Source: a virus
Length of the DNA stretch: 42,736 bases
UHGV virus genome: UHGV-0389216
Reading direction: 5' to 3' (one strand)
Shown here: positions 24,492 to 33,898 of the stretch, one piece after another
Layout of the letters: each line of letters opens with the position of its first letter
Numbering within the stretch: the stretch's first letter is position 1
Position numbers and translations under genes: made by a program
Notes under the pieces: generated by a model
What the model saw: the letters and a program-made list of their open reading frames with translations, nothing else
Databases searched by the model: none
What the model was told of the DNA's origin: nothing

Positions 24492-26684
24492 ATGTCCGAT
24501 AGCAAACCATGGGGAGCTACGCCTGATGAGTGGTTTCATTTCGACCTGGTATTGGGGAGAACTGATCATCTTCTCCCAGTTGTATGTAACCCCAGTGCGA
24601 CCATATCCCCTGATAGTAAACTGAAAGCGTTGGGTAAGACGCCGAGTCGCTATAACCGGGACCGCCAGGTCACCGGTATTGCTCAATGGACTGGGCATGT
24701 TGTTACTGAGCATGATTTTGCCCGCTGGTCGAATGAACCGGATTATGGCATCTGCGTGCGTACAGGCCATGGCTGGCTGGCGCTGGACTGCGATAGCGAA
24801 GATGAAGACATTCAGGCAGATATTCGCAAAACGCTTGTGCAACTTCTGGGGGAGTTGCCGCCGCGACGCTGGCGAGCAAACAGTAATAAGTGTCTGTATC
24901 TGCTGGCCGTTGATGGTGATTTCCGTAAACGTATCCATCGCCTGGCGGGGGATATGGGCATTATCGAGTTGCTGGCGAACGGGCAGCAGTTCGTTGCCTG
25001 CGGTACGCACAGCAGCGGCGCGCGTATTGAATGGGACGGCGGTTTGCCGGATGAACCTCCGGCTATTACTGGTGAGCAGCTTGAAACGCTGTGGCAGCGC
25101 CTGGCTGAACAACTCCCTGTGTCGGTAACCACCGAAGCGGGCAACACGAAGATGCGCGACCGATCAGCATTCACGCCCGGCGCGACGGATGATACAGCTG
25201 AATATCTTGATGCCAATGGCTGGACGCTGCTGGATGGCGCAAATGGTGAACGATATATCCGCTGTCCGTTTGAAGACGGCCACAGTAGCGGGGGCGATCC
25301 AACAAGCACAGTTTATTTTCCTGCGGGAACCGCGGGCTTTGAGCAGGGGCATTTTAAATGCCTGCATGCCAGTTGTGCGCATCGTGATGACGGAGATTTC
25401 CTTAATGCCATCGGGATCCGCAACGACGATTTCGAAGATCTGACCAGCATCGAAGTGGCGGAACCTTTACCGCTGCCTGCTTTCGAGCGTGATAAATGGG
25501 GGCGTATCGAGGCAACCATCAGCAACGCAGCCAAAGCAGTAGTACGCCCTGATTTTGTGGACATCGATATTCGCTTTGACCAGTTCCGCGACGAAATCAT
25601 GTTTGCCCCTGCAGGATCCGGACAATGGCGGGCATTCACCGATGCGGATTATGCGCGCCTGCGCATCACGATGGAAAAGCGGGGATTTAAACCTGTTGGC
25701 CGTGAACTTATTCGCGATGTGGTGTTACTTGCAGCCGATGAACAACCATTCGATTCAGCGATCACCTGGCTGAACGGACTGGAGTGGGATGGCGTGCCGC
25801 GCATCGAATGTTTCTACCATACGCACTTCGGTACCGCCGACACGCCTTATACCCGTGCGGTGTCTATGTACATGTGGACCGCGTTGGCGGGGCGAGTACT
25901 GGAGCCAGGCATCAAAGCGGATATGGTGCCGATCCTCGTTGGTCCGCAGGGCTGCGGTAAGTCTTCCGGAGTGGAGGCACTGAGCCCTGATCCTGCGTTT
26001 TTTACTGAAATCTCTTTTGCCGAAAAAGACGATGATCTCGCTCGAAAAATGCGTGGTCGGCTGGTGGCAGAGATTGGTGAACTGCGCGGACTTAATACCA
26101 AAGAGCTGGAGTCAATCAAAGCGTTTGTGACGCGTACTCACGAAAACTGGATCCCGAAATACCGGGAGTTCGCCACCCAGTTTCCTCGTCGCCTGGTGTT
26201 CGTTGGTACCACCAATGAGGACGAATTCCTTGCGGACAAGACTGGTAACCGTCGCTGGCTCCCCGTGGAAGTGTCGAAAGTCGACGTGAAAGCGATAAAA
26301 AGAGATCTCCTTTTACTTTGGGCTGAGGCTCGTGAGGTGTTTCAGCGTCTGGGGGGTATCCAGTTCCGTGAGGCTGAACAACTGGCAGCGAGTGTCCATG
26401 AACAGTACACCATCAAGGATGCTTGGCTTGAAACGGTAGAGAAATGGCTCGACACGCCAGACCTGATGACTAATGAACTTCCGCGAAATTGCGAATTTTT
26501 ACGCGCAAGTGATGTTTTGCGTGATGCGATTGGGCTAAATCCTGACCGCATCGGAAAACGCGAAGAAATGCGAATTAGTAATGTTTTGCAAAATTGCGGG
26601 TATAAGCGTGTTCAACGTCGTGTTGACGGAAAAATGACTCGAATTTTTGAGGCGGTGTCCCAACCTGTACCAGCCTCAAAATAG
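24492..26684 (+). CDS. bifunctional primase / P-loop NTPase (primase-helicase, P4 alpha-like)
   Basis: 730 aa; N-terminal prim-pol-like region, Cys/His cluster; C-terminal Walker A VGPQGCGKSS with downstream NTPase motifs. Confidence 0.8.
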   Translation: MSDSKPWGATPDEWFHFDLVLGRTDHLLPVVCNPSATISPDSKLKALGKTPSRYNRDRQVTGIAQWTGHVVTEHDFARWSNEPDYGICVRTGHGWLALDCDSEDEDIQADIRKTLVQLLGELPPRRWRANSNKCLYLLAVDGDFRKRIHRLAGDMGIIELLANGQQFVACGTHSSGARIEWDGGLPDEPPAITGEQLETLWQRLAEQLPVSVTTEAGNTKMRDRSAFTPGATDDTAEYLDANGWTLLDGANGERYIRCPFEDGHSSGGDPTSTVYFPAGTAGFEQGHFKCLHASCAHRDDGDFLNAIGIRNDDFEDLTSIEVAEPLPLPAFERDKWGRIEATISNAAKAVVRPDFVDIDIRFDQFRDEIMFAPAGSGQWRAFTDADYARLRITMEKRGFKPVGRELIRDVVLLAADEQPFDSAITWLNGLEWDGVPRIECFYHTHFGTADTPYTRAVSMYMWTALAGRVLEPGIKADMVPILVGPQGCGKSSGVEALSPDPAFFTEISFAEKDDDLARKMRGRLVAEIGELRGLNTKELESIKAFVTRTHENWIPKYREFATQFPRRLVFVGTTNEDEFLADKTGNRRWLPVEVSKVDVKAIKRDLLLLWAEAREVFQRLGGIQFREAEQLAASVHEQYTIKDAWLETVEKWLDTPDLMTNELPRNCEFLRASDVLRDAIGLNPDRIGKREEMRISNVLQNCGYKRVQRRVDGKMTRIFEAVSQPVPASK

Positions 26685-26836
26685 AGGTTGGTACATTTAA
26701 CTAATTGAATTTAAAGGCCAGTACCAACTGTACCAACTGTACCAACCTAATTACTAAGAACCCCATATATATATATAAGTCGCTTGGGGAAAAGGTTTGA
26801 AAAGAGCTGGTACAGGTGGGTACAGGCTGGTACAGG
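26664..26836. repeat. iteron cluster with AT-rich spacer (candidate replication origin)
   Basis: GTACCAAC three times at 9-bp spacing (26721, 26730, 26739), inverted copy GGTTGGTAC (26686-26694), (TA)n tract 26765-26777, GGTACAGG three times at 10-bp spacing (26809, 26819, 26829), inverted copy CCTGTACCA (26664-26672). Confidence 0.6.
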
Positions 26837-26964
26837 CCGAACAAGGAATTTTTTGCACATAACAGCGTGTAATAAGCGAATCGAAACTGCGTTATCCACA
26901 CCCACGGATAAACAGACGTAGTTCTCAGAAAATTTTTTCGTAGCAAAACGTAGAGGTCAGAGCT

Positions 26965-27387
26965 ATGCGTAATATTCAACAGGTTTTAGAGCGCTGGGGT
27001 GGCTGGGCAGCGAGTGAAGGTGGTAGCGTCTACTTTCCTCCTGTTGCAGCTGGGTTTAAGAATCTGCTACCCGCGACGCACTCTGGAAGGCTGAAATGCA
27101 GTGACAATGACGGTCTTATCATCAACTCCGCTATGAGCTGCCTGAAGAAAAAAGATCCGTATCTGTGCACGCTCCTTGAGTGGCATTACGTCCAGGCCAT
27201 GCCCGTGCGGACGATGGGTGAGAAGCTCGGCGTATCTCACACCCACGTTCTGAAGAGGCTTCAGGCGGCAGAGGGATTTATTGACGGTTGCTTAGCCATG
27301 CTGGATGTGGTGCTCGAAATGGATCAGTCGGTTCAGTCAAAGCCTCAGGCTATCAGGACATTGCGTAGGAGCTGCTCGGCGGCATAA
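26965..27387 (+). CDS. late-gene antiterminator Q-like protein
   Basis: 140 aa starting MRNIQQVLERWGGWAASEGG, similar as I recall to Q-type antiterminator N-termini; upstream of the lysis cassette. Confidence 0.55.
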   Translation: MRNIQQVLERWGGWAASEGGSVYFPPVAAGFKNLLPATHSGRLKCSDNDGLIINSAMSCLKKKDPYLCTLLEWHYVQAMPVRTMGEKLGVSHTHVLKRLQAAEGFIDGCLAMLDVVLEMDQSVQSKPQAIRTLRRSCSAA

Positions 27388-27418
27388 TATCCAGCAATCA
27401 ATCACGTAAGGGAACCAG

Positions 27419-27760
27419 ATGGCTCTGATCAGCGTTCGCAACAGATTTGAAAGCTTCATGGAACAGAGGTATCCAGACTTGTCGTTGCAGGTCAAAGGTA
27501 ATATTGGCGCATCAATGAAGGCTCAACTTGGCATCAGGATTGAACGAGAATTGTACAGTGAAGATGTTACTTATTGTGATTCAGCAGTTCAGTTGATGTG
27601 GACACTCTTTCAGGCAGGTGTTCTGGCCGAACGAAGAGCTACCAGCGTTACGCTTCCTGCGCTGAAGGCAAAGCCGGATAGCTTCTACGATGCGGGTTAT
27701 AACGAAGGTATTCAGGACTGTCGTAAACATCTGACGGCATCAGGCATCAAGGTAAGATAA
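27419..27760 (+). CDS. hypothetical protein
   Basis: 113-aa ORF between Q-like gene and first late-region terminator. Confidence 0.4.
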   Translation: MALISVRNRFESFMEQRYPDLSLQVKGNIGASMKAQLGIRIERELYSEDVTYCDSAVQLMWTLFQAGVLAERRATSVTLPALKAKPDSFYDAGYNEGIQDCRKHLTASGIKVR

Positions 27761-27828
27761 AAAATAGTTGTGGAATTCCAAAAAGCCGATTAGCCTAATA
27801 TCTGTTGAAAACAGTTCATCACGAAGAG

Positions 27829-27850
27829 GCTCCCGCAAGGGGGCTTTTTT
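27829..27850 (+). terminator. rho-independent terminator
   Basis: GCTCCC-GCAA-GGGGGC hairpin followed by TTTTTT. Confidence 0.6.
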
Positions 27851-28080
27851 AATGCTCTATTCTCAGTAAAAGTTAATAAAACAGGGTTTTCGTCGCGAAA
27901 AAACGCTATGCAGTTTTTGCCCTTTTTTATGCACCTTTTATTCACTCGAATTTCGCCATTCTGGACCACTTAAGTTGATTAAATAGGCCTTTCATCGCAA
28001 ATCTATTGCGAGCGGGGATCGTGTGGTTCCTATAACGTACATTATGTTAAATAACCTTCTTTTTTAACAAATTTAACAAG

Positions 28081-28103
28081 GTTCGCTATGGCGAACTTTT
28101 TTT
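28081..28103 (+). terminator. rho-independent terminator (tR'-like, before lysis genes)
   Basis: GTTCGC-TATG-GCGAAC hairpin followed by TTTTTTT, about 100 bp upstream of the holin start. Confidence 0.6.
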
Positions 28104-28204
28104 GTATTCAGGGCCCACCGAAGGACGGCTCATAACCCAATTCTACGGGCGTATACGCAGGGCCCGCCTTTCAACAACACCCCGTAATGGCGGAGGTGGG
28201 AAGT

Positions 28205-28546
28205 ATGAAAATGCACAATGCTCCTCATTCCTGGCCTGACTTACTGGAACTCTTACAAAGTTGGTGGCGTGGAGATACGCCGTTGGGCGCAGTGGTTATG
28301 TCAATTGTTATGGCTGGTTTGCGCATTGCCTATTTTGGCGGTGGCGGCGGCTGGAAACGAAAAACGCTTGAGATTTTGCTCTGTGGTGCTCTGACGCTGA
28401 CCTTTGCATCCGCTCTTGAGTATGTTGGATGGCCTAAATCGCTTTCTGTTGCCATTGGTGGTGGTGTTGGGCTGATCGGTGTCGATGCTATTCGTGGGGC
28501 TGCAATGCGAGTAATCGGTAACAAGTTTGGTGGCTCTAAGGAGTAA
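28205..28546 (+). CDS. holin (three predicted TM segments, dual-start MKM)
   Basis: GGAGG 9 nt upstream of ATG 28205; Met-Lys-Met dual start; three hydrophobic helices; immediately upstream of endolysin. The ORF-track start at 28187 has no SD. Confidence 0.7.
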   Translation: MKMHNAPHSWPDLLELLQSWWRGDTPLGAVVMSIVMAGLRIAYFGGGGGWKRKTLEILLCGALTLTFASALEYVGWPKSLSVAIGGGVGLIGVDAIRGAAMRVIGNKFGGSKE

Positions 28547-28549
28547 TTC

Positions 28550-29026
28550 ATGCAGACACTAAATTCCCAACGTAAAGCTTTCCTGGATATGGTGGCATGG
28601 TCAGAAGGAACGGATAACGGGCGACAACCAACACGTAATCACGGTTATGACGTTATCGTCGGAGGTGAGTTGTTCACTGATTACTCCGATCACCCTCGCA
28701 AACTTGTCACGCTAAACCCGAAGCTTAAATCAACAGCTGCAGGCCGGTATCAGCTTCTTTCACGCTGGTGGGATGCCTACCGCAAGCAGCTTGGCCTGAA
28801 AGATTTTTCGCCAGAAAGTCAGGACGCTGTGGCGCTGCAGCAGATTAAAGAGCGTGGCGCTTTACCGATGATTGAACGTGGCGATATTCGTCAGGCAATC
28901 GACCGTTGCAGCAATATCTGGGCGTCGTTACCTGGTGCAGGTTACGGTCAGTATGAACATAAAATCGGTGACCTGATTTCCAAGTTTAAAGATGCTGGTG
29001 GGGTGGTAAATGAAGCTGACTTATAA
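28550..29026 (+). CDS. R: endolysin, lambda R-type lytic transglycosylase
   Basis: 158 aa; ...NQRKAFLDM.AWSEGTDNGRQ.TRNHGYDVIVGGELFTDYSDHPRKLVTLNPKLKST.AGRYQLLSRWWDAYRKQLGLKDFSP... is near-identical over long stretches to lambda R as I remember it. Confidence 0.9.
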   Translation: MQTLNSQRKAFLDMVAWSEGTDNGRQPTRNHGYDVIVGGELFTDYSDHPRKLVTLNPKLKSTAAGRYQLLSRWWDAYRKQLGLKDFSPESQDAVALQQIKERGALPMIERGDIRQAIDRCSNIWASLPGAGYGQYEHKIGDLISKFKDAGGVVNEADL

Positions 29027-29534
29027 GATTGTCATCGCGGCACTTTTCTTCTCTGCCCTTGGGGCGCTCGTCTGGTCTGCAAACCATTACCACAGCAAGT
29101 ATCAGGCAGAAAAGTTGCGGGCTGATAAAGCGGAAGGTGAAGCTGAATATCAAGGGAAAGTGATAGTTAATCAGGCATTAAACTTCAATCGTTTTAACCA
29201 GATAGCAGAAAACGCAAGCCGATTAAATTCTCTGGTCGACATCGGTCACGAGAAGACAGTCATCAAATACCGTGAGGTTCTGCTCCGTGAAAAGAACTGT
29301 GATTTCCCTGTTCCTGCTGATATTGCTGTCGGGTTGCTCAACTACGCGAACCGTTTACGCGCCAGCGCATTGCACGCCGATTCCGGGGACATTGACTCAG
29401 CCAGTGATCGTGCCACTACCACCAGAACGTTGACATATTGCCAGGCTGTTCTGTGGATTAACCCACTGTTGGCAGCCATCGAGAAGGCGAATAACCAGTT
29501 GGCTGGTGTCCGACAAATAGAACAATCCCGGTAA
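29010..29534 (+). CDS. Rz: Rz-like inner-membrane spanin (i-spanin)
   Basis: 174 aa; N-terminal TM helix IVIAALFFSALGALVW then coiled-coil periplasmic domain; overlaps endolysin end; contains embedded +1-frame lipoprotein ORF. Confidence 0.65.
   Translation: MKLTYKIVIAALFFSALGALVWSANHYHSKYQAEKLRADKAEGEAEYQGKVIVNQALNFNRFNQIAENASRLNSLVDIGHEKTVIKYREVLLREKNCDFPVPADIAVGLLNYANRLRASALHADSGDIDSASDRATTTRTLTYCQAVLWINPLLAAIEKANNQLAGVRQIEQSR
29287..29433 (+). CDS. Rz1: Rz1-like outer-membrane lipoprotein spanin (o-spanin), embedded, GTG start
   Basis: +1 frame inside Rz: GAGG then GTG 29287; translation MKRTVISLFLLILLSGC STTRTVYAPAHCTPIPGTLTQPVIVPLPPER gives a signal peptide, LSGC lipobox and Pro-rich mature part. 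Confidence 0.6.
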   Translation: MKRTVISLFLLILLSGCSTTRTVYAPAHCTPIPGTLTQPVIVPLPPER

Positions 29535-29595
29535 TAGCATTACAGAAGCTCTTCCAGGAGGGGCTTCGATAATGACCTGATAACTGGAAAATAAA

Positions 29596-30168
29596 ATGAC
29601 TAAGAAGCTGAAAGCAAAACACGAGGTGTTTTGTCGCGAGTTTCTTGTCGATCTTAATGCTACACAAGCAGCTATTCGCGCAGGCTACGCCTCCAGGCGA
29701 GCACATGTTACGGGGGCTGAACTATACGGTAAACCTGAGATACGCGCCCGCATCAACGAGCTAAAGCAGGAGCGTATTGATCAACTGGGCATTGATGCGA
29801 ATTATGTGCTGATGCGACTGGTTGAGATCGACAGGCTCGATGTGGCTGACATCCTGGAGGACGATTTAAGTATTAAGCCTCTGTCTGCGTGGCCGGAATC
29901 GTGGCGTCGGTACCTGAGTGGATTTAACCTCGCTGAAATGTTTGAGGGGCGAGGAGATGACAGAGAAATGGTCGGGATCCTTAAAAAGATTAAGTGGCCT
30001 GATAAGGTTAAAAACCTTGAGTTGCTTGGGCGTCATGTTTCTGTTCAGGCGTTTAAAGACAACGTCAAAAATGAAGTGACTGGCGCTGATGGAGGACCAG
30101 TCAGAACAGAAATTACCAACTTAACGCCGGAGCAGGTTGCAGAAGCGTATAGAAAAATGATGGGCTAA
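29596..30168 (+). CDS. terminase small subunit
   Basis: 190 aa; N-terminal DNA-binding-like region [25 protein letters not shown]; immediately precedes large terminase. Confidence 0.65.
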   Translation: MTKKLKAKHEVFCREFLVDLNATQAAIRAGYASRRAHVTGAELYGKPEIRARINELKQERIDQLGIDANYVLMRLVEIDRLDVADILEDDLSIKPLSAWPESWRRYLSGFNLAEMFEGRGDDREMVGILKKIKWPDKVKNLELLGRHVSVQAFKDNVKNEVTGADGGPVRTEITNLTPEQVAEAYRKMMG

Positions 30169-30170
30169 GT

Positions 30171-31793
30171 ATGCCGTTACCATTCCCCTTCGATTTTAAA
30201 CATCCTGATTACCAGATGGTTTTTGAATGGCGGATGGAACGCCTACAGCGCATTCGCCAGAATCCTGAAATATTGCCTGCACTAAAACAGTTTTACCGAA
30301 CCAATCCGGCTCAGTTCATCATCGACTGGGGCATGACAACGGACCCGCGTAATATTGATTATGGCCTGCCGGTGACCATTCCGTTTTTACTCTTCCCTAA
30401 GCAGGAGGAGTGGATCCACTGGATTATGGAACGCTGGAGCAATCGGGAGAATGGTATTACCGAAAAATCCCGTGAAATGGGGCTCAGTTGGACCGCGATC
30501 GGACTGGCATGCTCGCTTTGTCTCTTCAACAAAGAAATGGTTATCGGTTTTGGCTCCCGTAAAGAGGAATACGTCGACAGCACTGGTGACCCGAAAGCAT
30601 TGTTCTGGAAGGCGCGCAAGTTCGTGGAAACGCTACCTGTAGAGTTTCGCGGTTCGTGGAGTGAGAAGAAGCACGCGCCATATATGCGTGTTGAGTTTCC
30701 TGAAACTGGTGCCGTTATCAAAGGCGAGGCTGGCGATAATATTGGTCGTGGTGACCGTACCACGCTTTATCTGGTTGATGAGGCTGCATTCCTTCAGCGT
30801 CCTCTGCTGATTGATGCGGCGTTGTCACAAACGACGCGTTGCCGTATCGACCTGAGTTCAGTTAACGGCATGGCTAACCCGTTCGCTCAGAAGCGTCATG
30901 GCGGGAAGATACCGGTATTCACATTCCACTGGCGGGATGATCCTCGCAAGGATGAAGAGTGGTATCGCAGGGAATGCGAGAAAATCGATAATCCGGTGGT
31001 GGTGGCACAGGAACTTGATCTGAACTACAGCGCATCAGCGGAAGGCGTCCTGATTCCATCCGAATGGGTACAGGCTGCCGTTGATGCGCATATCAAACTG
31101 GGTATCCAGCCAACAGGCAAACGACTTGGCGCGATGGATGTCGCCGACGAAGGCAGGGACAAAAATGCCTTTTCCACCCGTCATGGCTTCCTCCTGGAAA
31201 ATGTGCGGGAATGGTCCGGTGTGGGCAGCGACATTTATCAGTCCGTCGAGAAGGTTTTCGGCTTTTGCGAACAGGATAACCTCGAAGAGTTTCGCTTTGA
31301 CGAGGACGGACTGGGCGCTGGCGTTCGCGGCGATGCACGCGCTATCAACGAACTGCGTAACGCTGCGCGTCGACCGTCAATACTCGCCACACCGTTTCGA
31401 GGTAGTGGCGCGGTATTTGATCCGGATGATGAAGCTGTTCGCGGGGACAACGGGCAAGCCGCACGTCTTAACAAGGACTTCTTCGCTAACGCCAAAGCCC
31501 AGAGCTGGTGGCGGTTACGTAAACTTTTTCAGAATACCTGGCGCGCCGTGGTTGAAGGTATGGCTTACAACCCGGACGAAATCATCTCAATCAGCAGTAG
31601 CATGGCACTCAAAGATAAACTCATCATCGAGCTTTCGCAGCCGACCTATTCCATTAATAGTGTGGGAAAAATCGTTATTGATAAACAGCCTGATGGAACC
31701 CGGTCGCCAAACCTTGCCGACTCGGTGATGATCAACTATGCCCCAATGAATTCAGCCCTGAACATCTGGGAGCTGCTAGGGAGACAGGCCTGA
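30171..31793 (+). CDS. terminase large subunit
   Basis: 540 aa; Walker B-like [11 protein letters not shown] in N-terminal ATPase part, C-terminal nuclease-like region; order small terminase, large terminase, portal. Confidence 0.8.
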   Translation: MPLPFPFDFKHPDYQMVFEWRMERLQRIRQNPEILPALKQFYRTNPAQFIIDWGMTTDPRNIDYGLPVTIPFLLFPKQEEWIHWIMERWSNRENGITEKSREMGLSWTAIGLACSLCLFNKEMVIGFGSRKEEYVDSTGDPKALFWKARKFVETLPVEFRGSWSEKKHAPYMRVEFPETGAVIKGEAGDNIGRGDRTTLYLVDEAAFLQRPLLIDAALSQTTRCRIDLSSVNGMANPFAQKRHGGKIPVFTFHWRDDPRKDEEWYRRECEKIDNPVVVAQELDLNYSASAEGVLIPSEWVQAAVDAHIKLGIQPTGKRLGAMDVADEGRDKNAFSTRHGFLLENVREWSGVGSDIYQSVEKVFGFCEQDNLEEFRFDEDGLGAGVRGDARAINELRNAARRPSILATPFRGSGAVFDPDDEAVRGDNGQAARLNKDFFANAKAQSWWRLRKLFQNTWRAVVEGMAYNPDEIISISSSMALKDKLIIELSQPTYSINSVGKIVIDKQPDGTRSPNLADSVMINYAPMNSALNIWELLGRQA

Positions 31794-33259
31794 TGGCACG
31801 AAACAAACGAGCCCTGCGGCGAACTGCGCAGGCCACAGCTGATGGTTATGAGAATTTTATTGCCCGCGTAGGGATGCAGACACCTAACCAGCACTCAGCA
31901 TCCACCTACCGGGCTAATTTCACCAGTCGTAACCGCATGCTGGTGGAATGGTCCTATCGTTCATCCTGGATCATCGGCGAAGCAGTCGATGCTATCCCGG
32001 ATGATATGACCCGCAAAGGCATTCGCATCACTTCGGAAATTGATGCAAAAGATCGTGGCATTCTCGAATCACAACTGGATGAGTTGCAAATCTGGGATGC
32101 GCTGAATGACGTGCTGAAATGGTCGCGCCTCTACGGCGGCGCGGTGGGTTTCATCATGATTGAGGGGCAGGCACCAATGACCCCGCTGCGACCCGAAACC
32201 ATCGGTAAGGGCAAGTTTAAGGGGATTCTCCCGCTCGACCGCTGGATGATTGACCCGGTACTGACCCGCCGCATTAAAGATATGGGGCCGGACCTGGGTA
32301 AACCTGAGTTTTACGATGTGGTGACCACAGCAACGGGAATTCCTGCCTGGCGCATTCATCACAGTCGACTGATTCGCTTTGATGGCGTCACGCTGCCATT
32401 TCAGCAGAAGATGACCGAGAACGAATGGGGAATGTCGGTTGTAGAGCGTATCTGGGATCGTCTTACCGCGTTCGACAGCGCTACTGTCGGCGCGGCGCAG
32501 CTGGTCTACAAAGCGCATTTGCGTACCTACAGCGTGGAGAAGCTACGCGAGCTTATCGCACTTGGTGGTCCTGCGTATGAAGCGTTGCTGAAGAATATCG
32601 ACCTGATTCGACAGTTCCAGAGCAATGAAGGCATGACGCTCATGGACTCGCGGGATAAGTTTGAAACCCATCAGTACAGCTTCAGTGGTCTGGATGACAT
32701 CCTTTCACAGTTTGCAGAACAGATTAGTGGCGCTGTTGGTATCCCACTGGTGCGGTTGTTCGGACAGTCCCCGAAGGGATTTTCTACCGGCGATGCAGAC
32801 CTTGCCAACTATTACGACCGGGTAAGCTCGTTGCAGGAGAGGCGTTTACGTCTTCCGGTGCGGCGGATACTGGACATCATGCATCGTTCGGAACTTGGCA
32901 AGCCGCTCCCGGATGATTTCACGTTTGAGTTTAACCCGCTCTGGCAAATGTCTGATGTCGATCGTTCAACGGTGGCGTTAAATACCACCAACGCAATCAG
33001 TACAGCGCTGGGTGATGGTCTGATGACACTGAAAGCCGCTATGACTGATTTGCGCGAAAATTCTGACGTAACCGGCATCGGGGCATCCATTACCGACGAG
33101 GACATCGAGAATGCCGAAGATGAAGCGCCGCCCGGCATCGGCGAACCTGATGACGAACCGCAGGAACCGTCAGGCGGAAATCCGCTATCGAACCAGCCTA
33201 CGCAGGATAGCGCGGGCGGTCGGAGACATCGTAAATGGTCGCTACGATGGTTCAAATGA
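31793..33259 (+). CDS. portal protein
   Basis: 488 aa; ATGA overlap with terminase; acidic C-terminus; position. Confidence 0.7.
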   Translation: MARNKRALRRTAQATADGYENFIARVGMQTPNQHSASTYRANFTSRNRMLVEWSYRSSWIIGEAVDAIPDDMTRKGIRITSEIDAKDRGILESQLDELQIWDALNDVLKWSRLYGGAVGFIMIEGQAPMTPLRPETIGKGKFKGILPLDRWMIDPVLTRRIKDMGPDLGKPEFYDVVTTATGIPAWRIHHSRLIRFDGVTLPFQQKMTENEWGMSVVERIWDRLTAFDSATVGAAQLVYKAHLRTYSVEKLRELIALGGPAYEALLKNIDLIRQFQSNEGMTLMDSRDKFETHQYSFSGLDDILSQFAEQISGAVGIPLVRLFGQSPKGFSTGDADLANYYDRVSSLQERRLRLPVRRILDIMHRSELGKPLPDDFTFEFNPLWQMSDVDRSTVALNTTNAISTALGDGLMTLKAAMTDLRENSDVTGIGASITDEDIENAEDEAPPGIGEPDDEPQEPSGGNPLSNQPTQDSAGGRRHRKWSLRWFK

Positions 33260-33884
33260 CAGTATCACGGAAATTATTGAGGTGCTGGAACGCTACAGTG
33301 AAATCATCACCCCCTGGGCGACAAAGGTCGCGGAAAACTTTACTGCGGACCTGACCCGGCAGAACGAGAAAGTTTGGCGGCAACACAGCAAGAACATCAG
33401 TCGCGAGCTCCGCAATCTTGTGGAAAGCGCTCCTGTGGGCCAGGTGATGCAATCCATCATCGCCGAACAGGTCAAGTACATCAAATCGCTCCCCCTCGAG
33501 GCGGCTGACAGGGTGTACGACATCCAGAATCGGGCGATAGAAGCTGTTGTGACCGGTGGGAGAGCAGAACATTTTGCTAAAGAAATTGCAGCATCGGGTG
33601 ATATAGCAAAGTCCAGAGCTGACCTGATTGCCCGTACTGAACTTGGACGTGCAACCGGCGCGCTGGATCAGGCACGTGCGCTGTCAATTGGTTCGAATGG
33701 TTATATCTGGCGTACAGCCGAAGATGGTGACGTCAGGCATTCTCATCGGGAAATGGAAGGTAAATTTGTCGAATGGGGCAAACCTCCAACGCTTGACGGC
33801 ATGACCGGTCACGCTGGCGAGCTCCCGAATTGTCGCTGTTATAAAGAAATCGTTTTTCCCACCTCCCATTCTTATCCCGCCTGA
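33111..33884 (+). CDS. head morphogenesis protein (Mu F-like / SPP1 gp7-like); start uncertain
   Basis: C-terminal ...HSHREMEGKFVEWGKPP...ELPNCRCYKE as in F-like minor head proteins. The ORF overlaps the portal 3' end by about 150 nt, so the true start is probably internal or non-ATG. Confidence 0.55.
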   Translation: MPKMKRRPASANLMTNRRNRQAEIRYRTSLRRIARAVGDIVNGRYDGSNDSITEIIEVLERYSEIITPWATKVAENFTADLTRQNEKVWRQHSKNISRELRNLVESAPVGQVMQSIIAEQVKYIKSLPLEAADRVYDIQNRAIEAVVTGGRAEHFAKEIAASGDIAKSRADLIARTELGRATGALDQARALSIGSNGYIWRTAEDGDVRHSHREMEGKFVEWGKPPTLDGMTGHAGELPNCRCYKEIVFPTSHSYPA

Positions 33885-33898
33885 ATCGCAGGTAACAC

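Noticed and set aside
24465-25309. Minus-strand ORFs antisense to the 5' half of the primase gene
   Set aside because: Opposite a strongly supported primase-helicase CDS; Arg/Ser-rich composition; shadow ORFs.
26721-26836. Possible CRISPR array (clustered short repeats)
   Set aside because: Repeat units are only 8-9 bp at 9-10 bp periodicity with no spacers of CRISPR length and no cas genes; consistent with iterons.
26701-26979. 92-aa minus-strand ORF overlapping the iteron cluster
   Set aside because: Its translation (LVQLVQLVLA..., YIYMGF...) is produced by the direct repeats and (TA)n tract; no RBS; the region is better explained as an origin or regulatory DNA.
27853-28186. tRNA gene between Q and the lysis genes (common in lambdoid phages)
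   Set aside because: Read for acceptor/T-arm patterns (GTTCGAAT-like box, 3' CCA context) and found only the terminator hairpins and a CAGGGCCC direct repeat; no convincing cloverleaf by eye. A tRNA scan would be needed to exclude one.
28187-28204. Upstream ATG (28187) as the holin start given in the ORF track
   Set aside because: No Shine-Dalgarno precedes it, whereas GGAGG sits at the correct distance from ATG 28205, which also creates the canonical Met-Lys-Met dual-start motif.
31081-31728. 215-aa plus-strand alternative-frame ORF inside the terminase large subunit gene
   Set aside because: Same-strand out-of-frame ORF within a CDS carrying terminase motifs; composition bias (Arg/Ser/Pro-rich) indicates a frame artefact.
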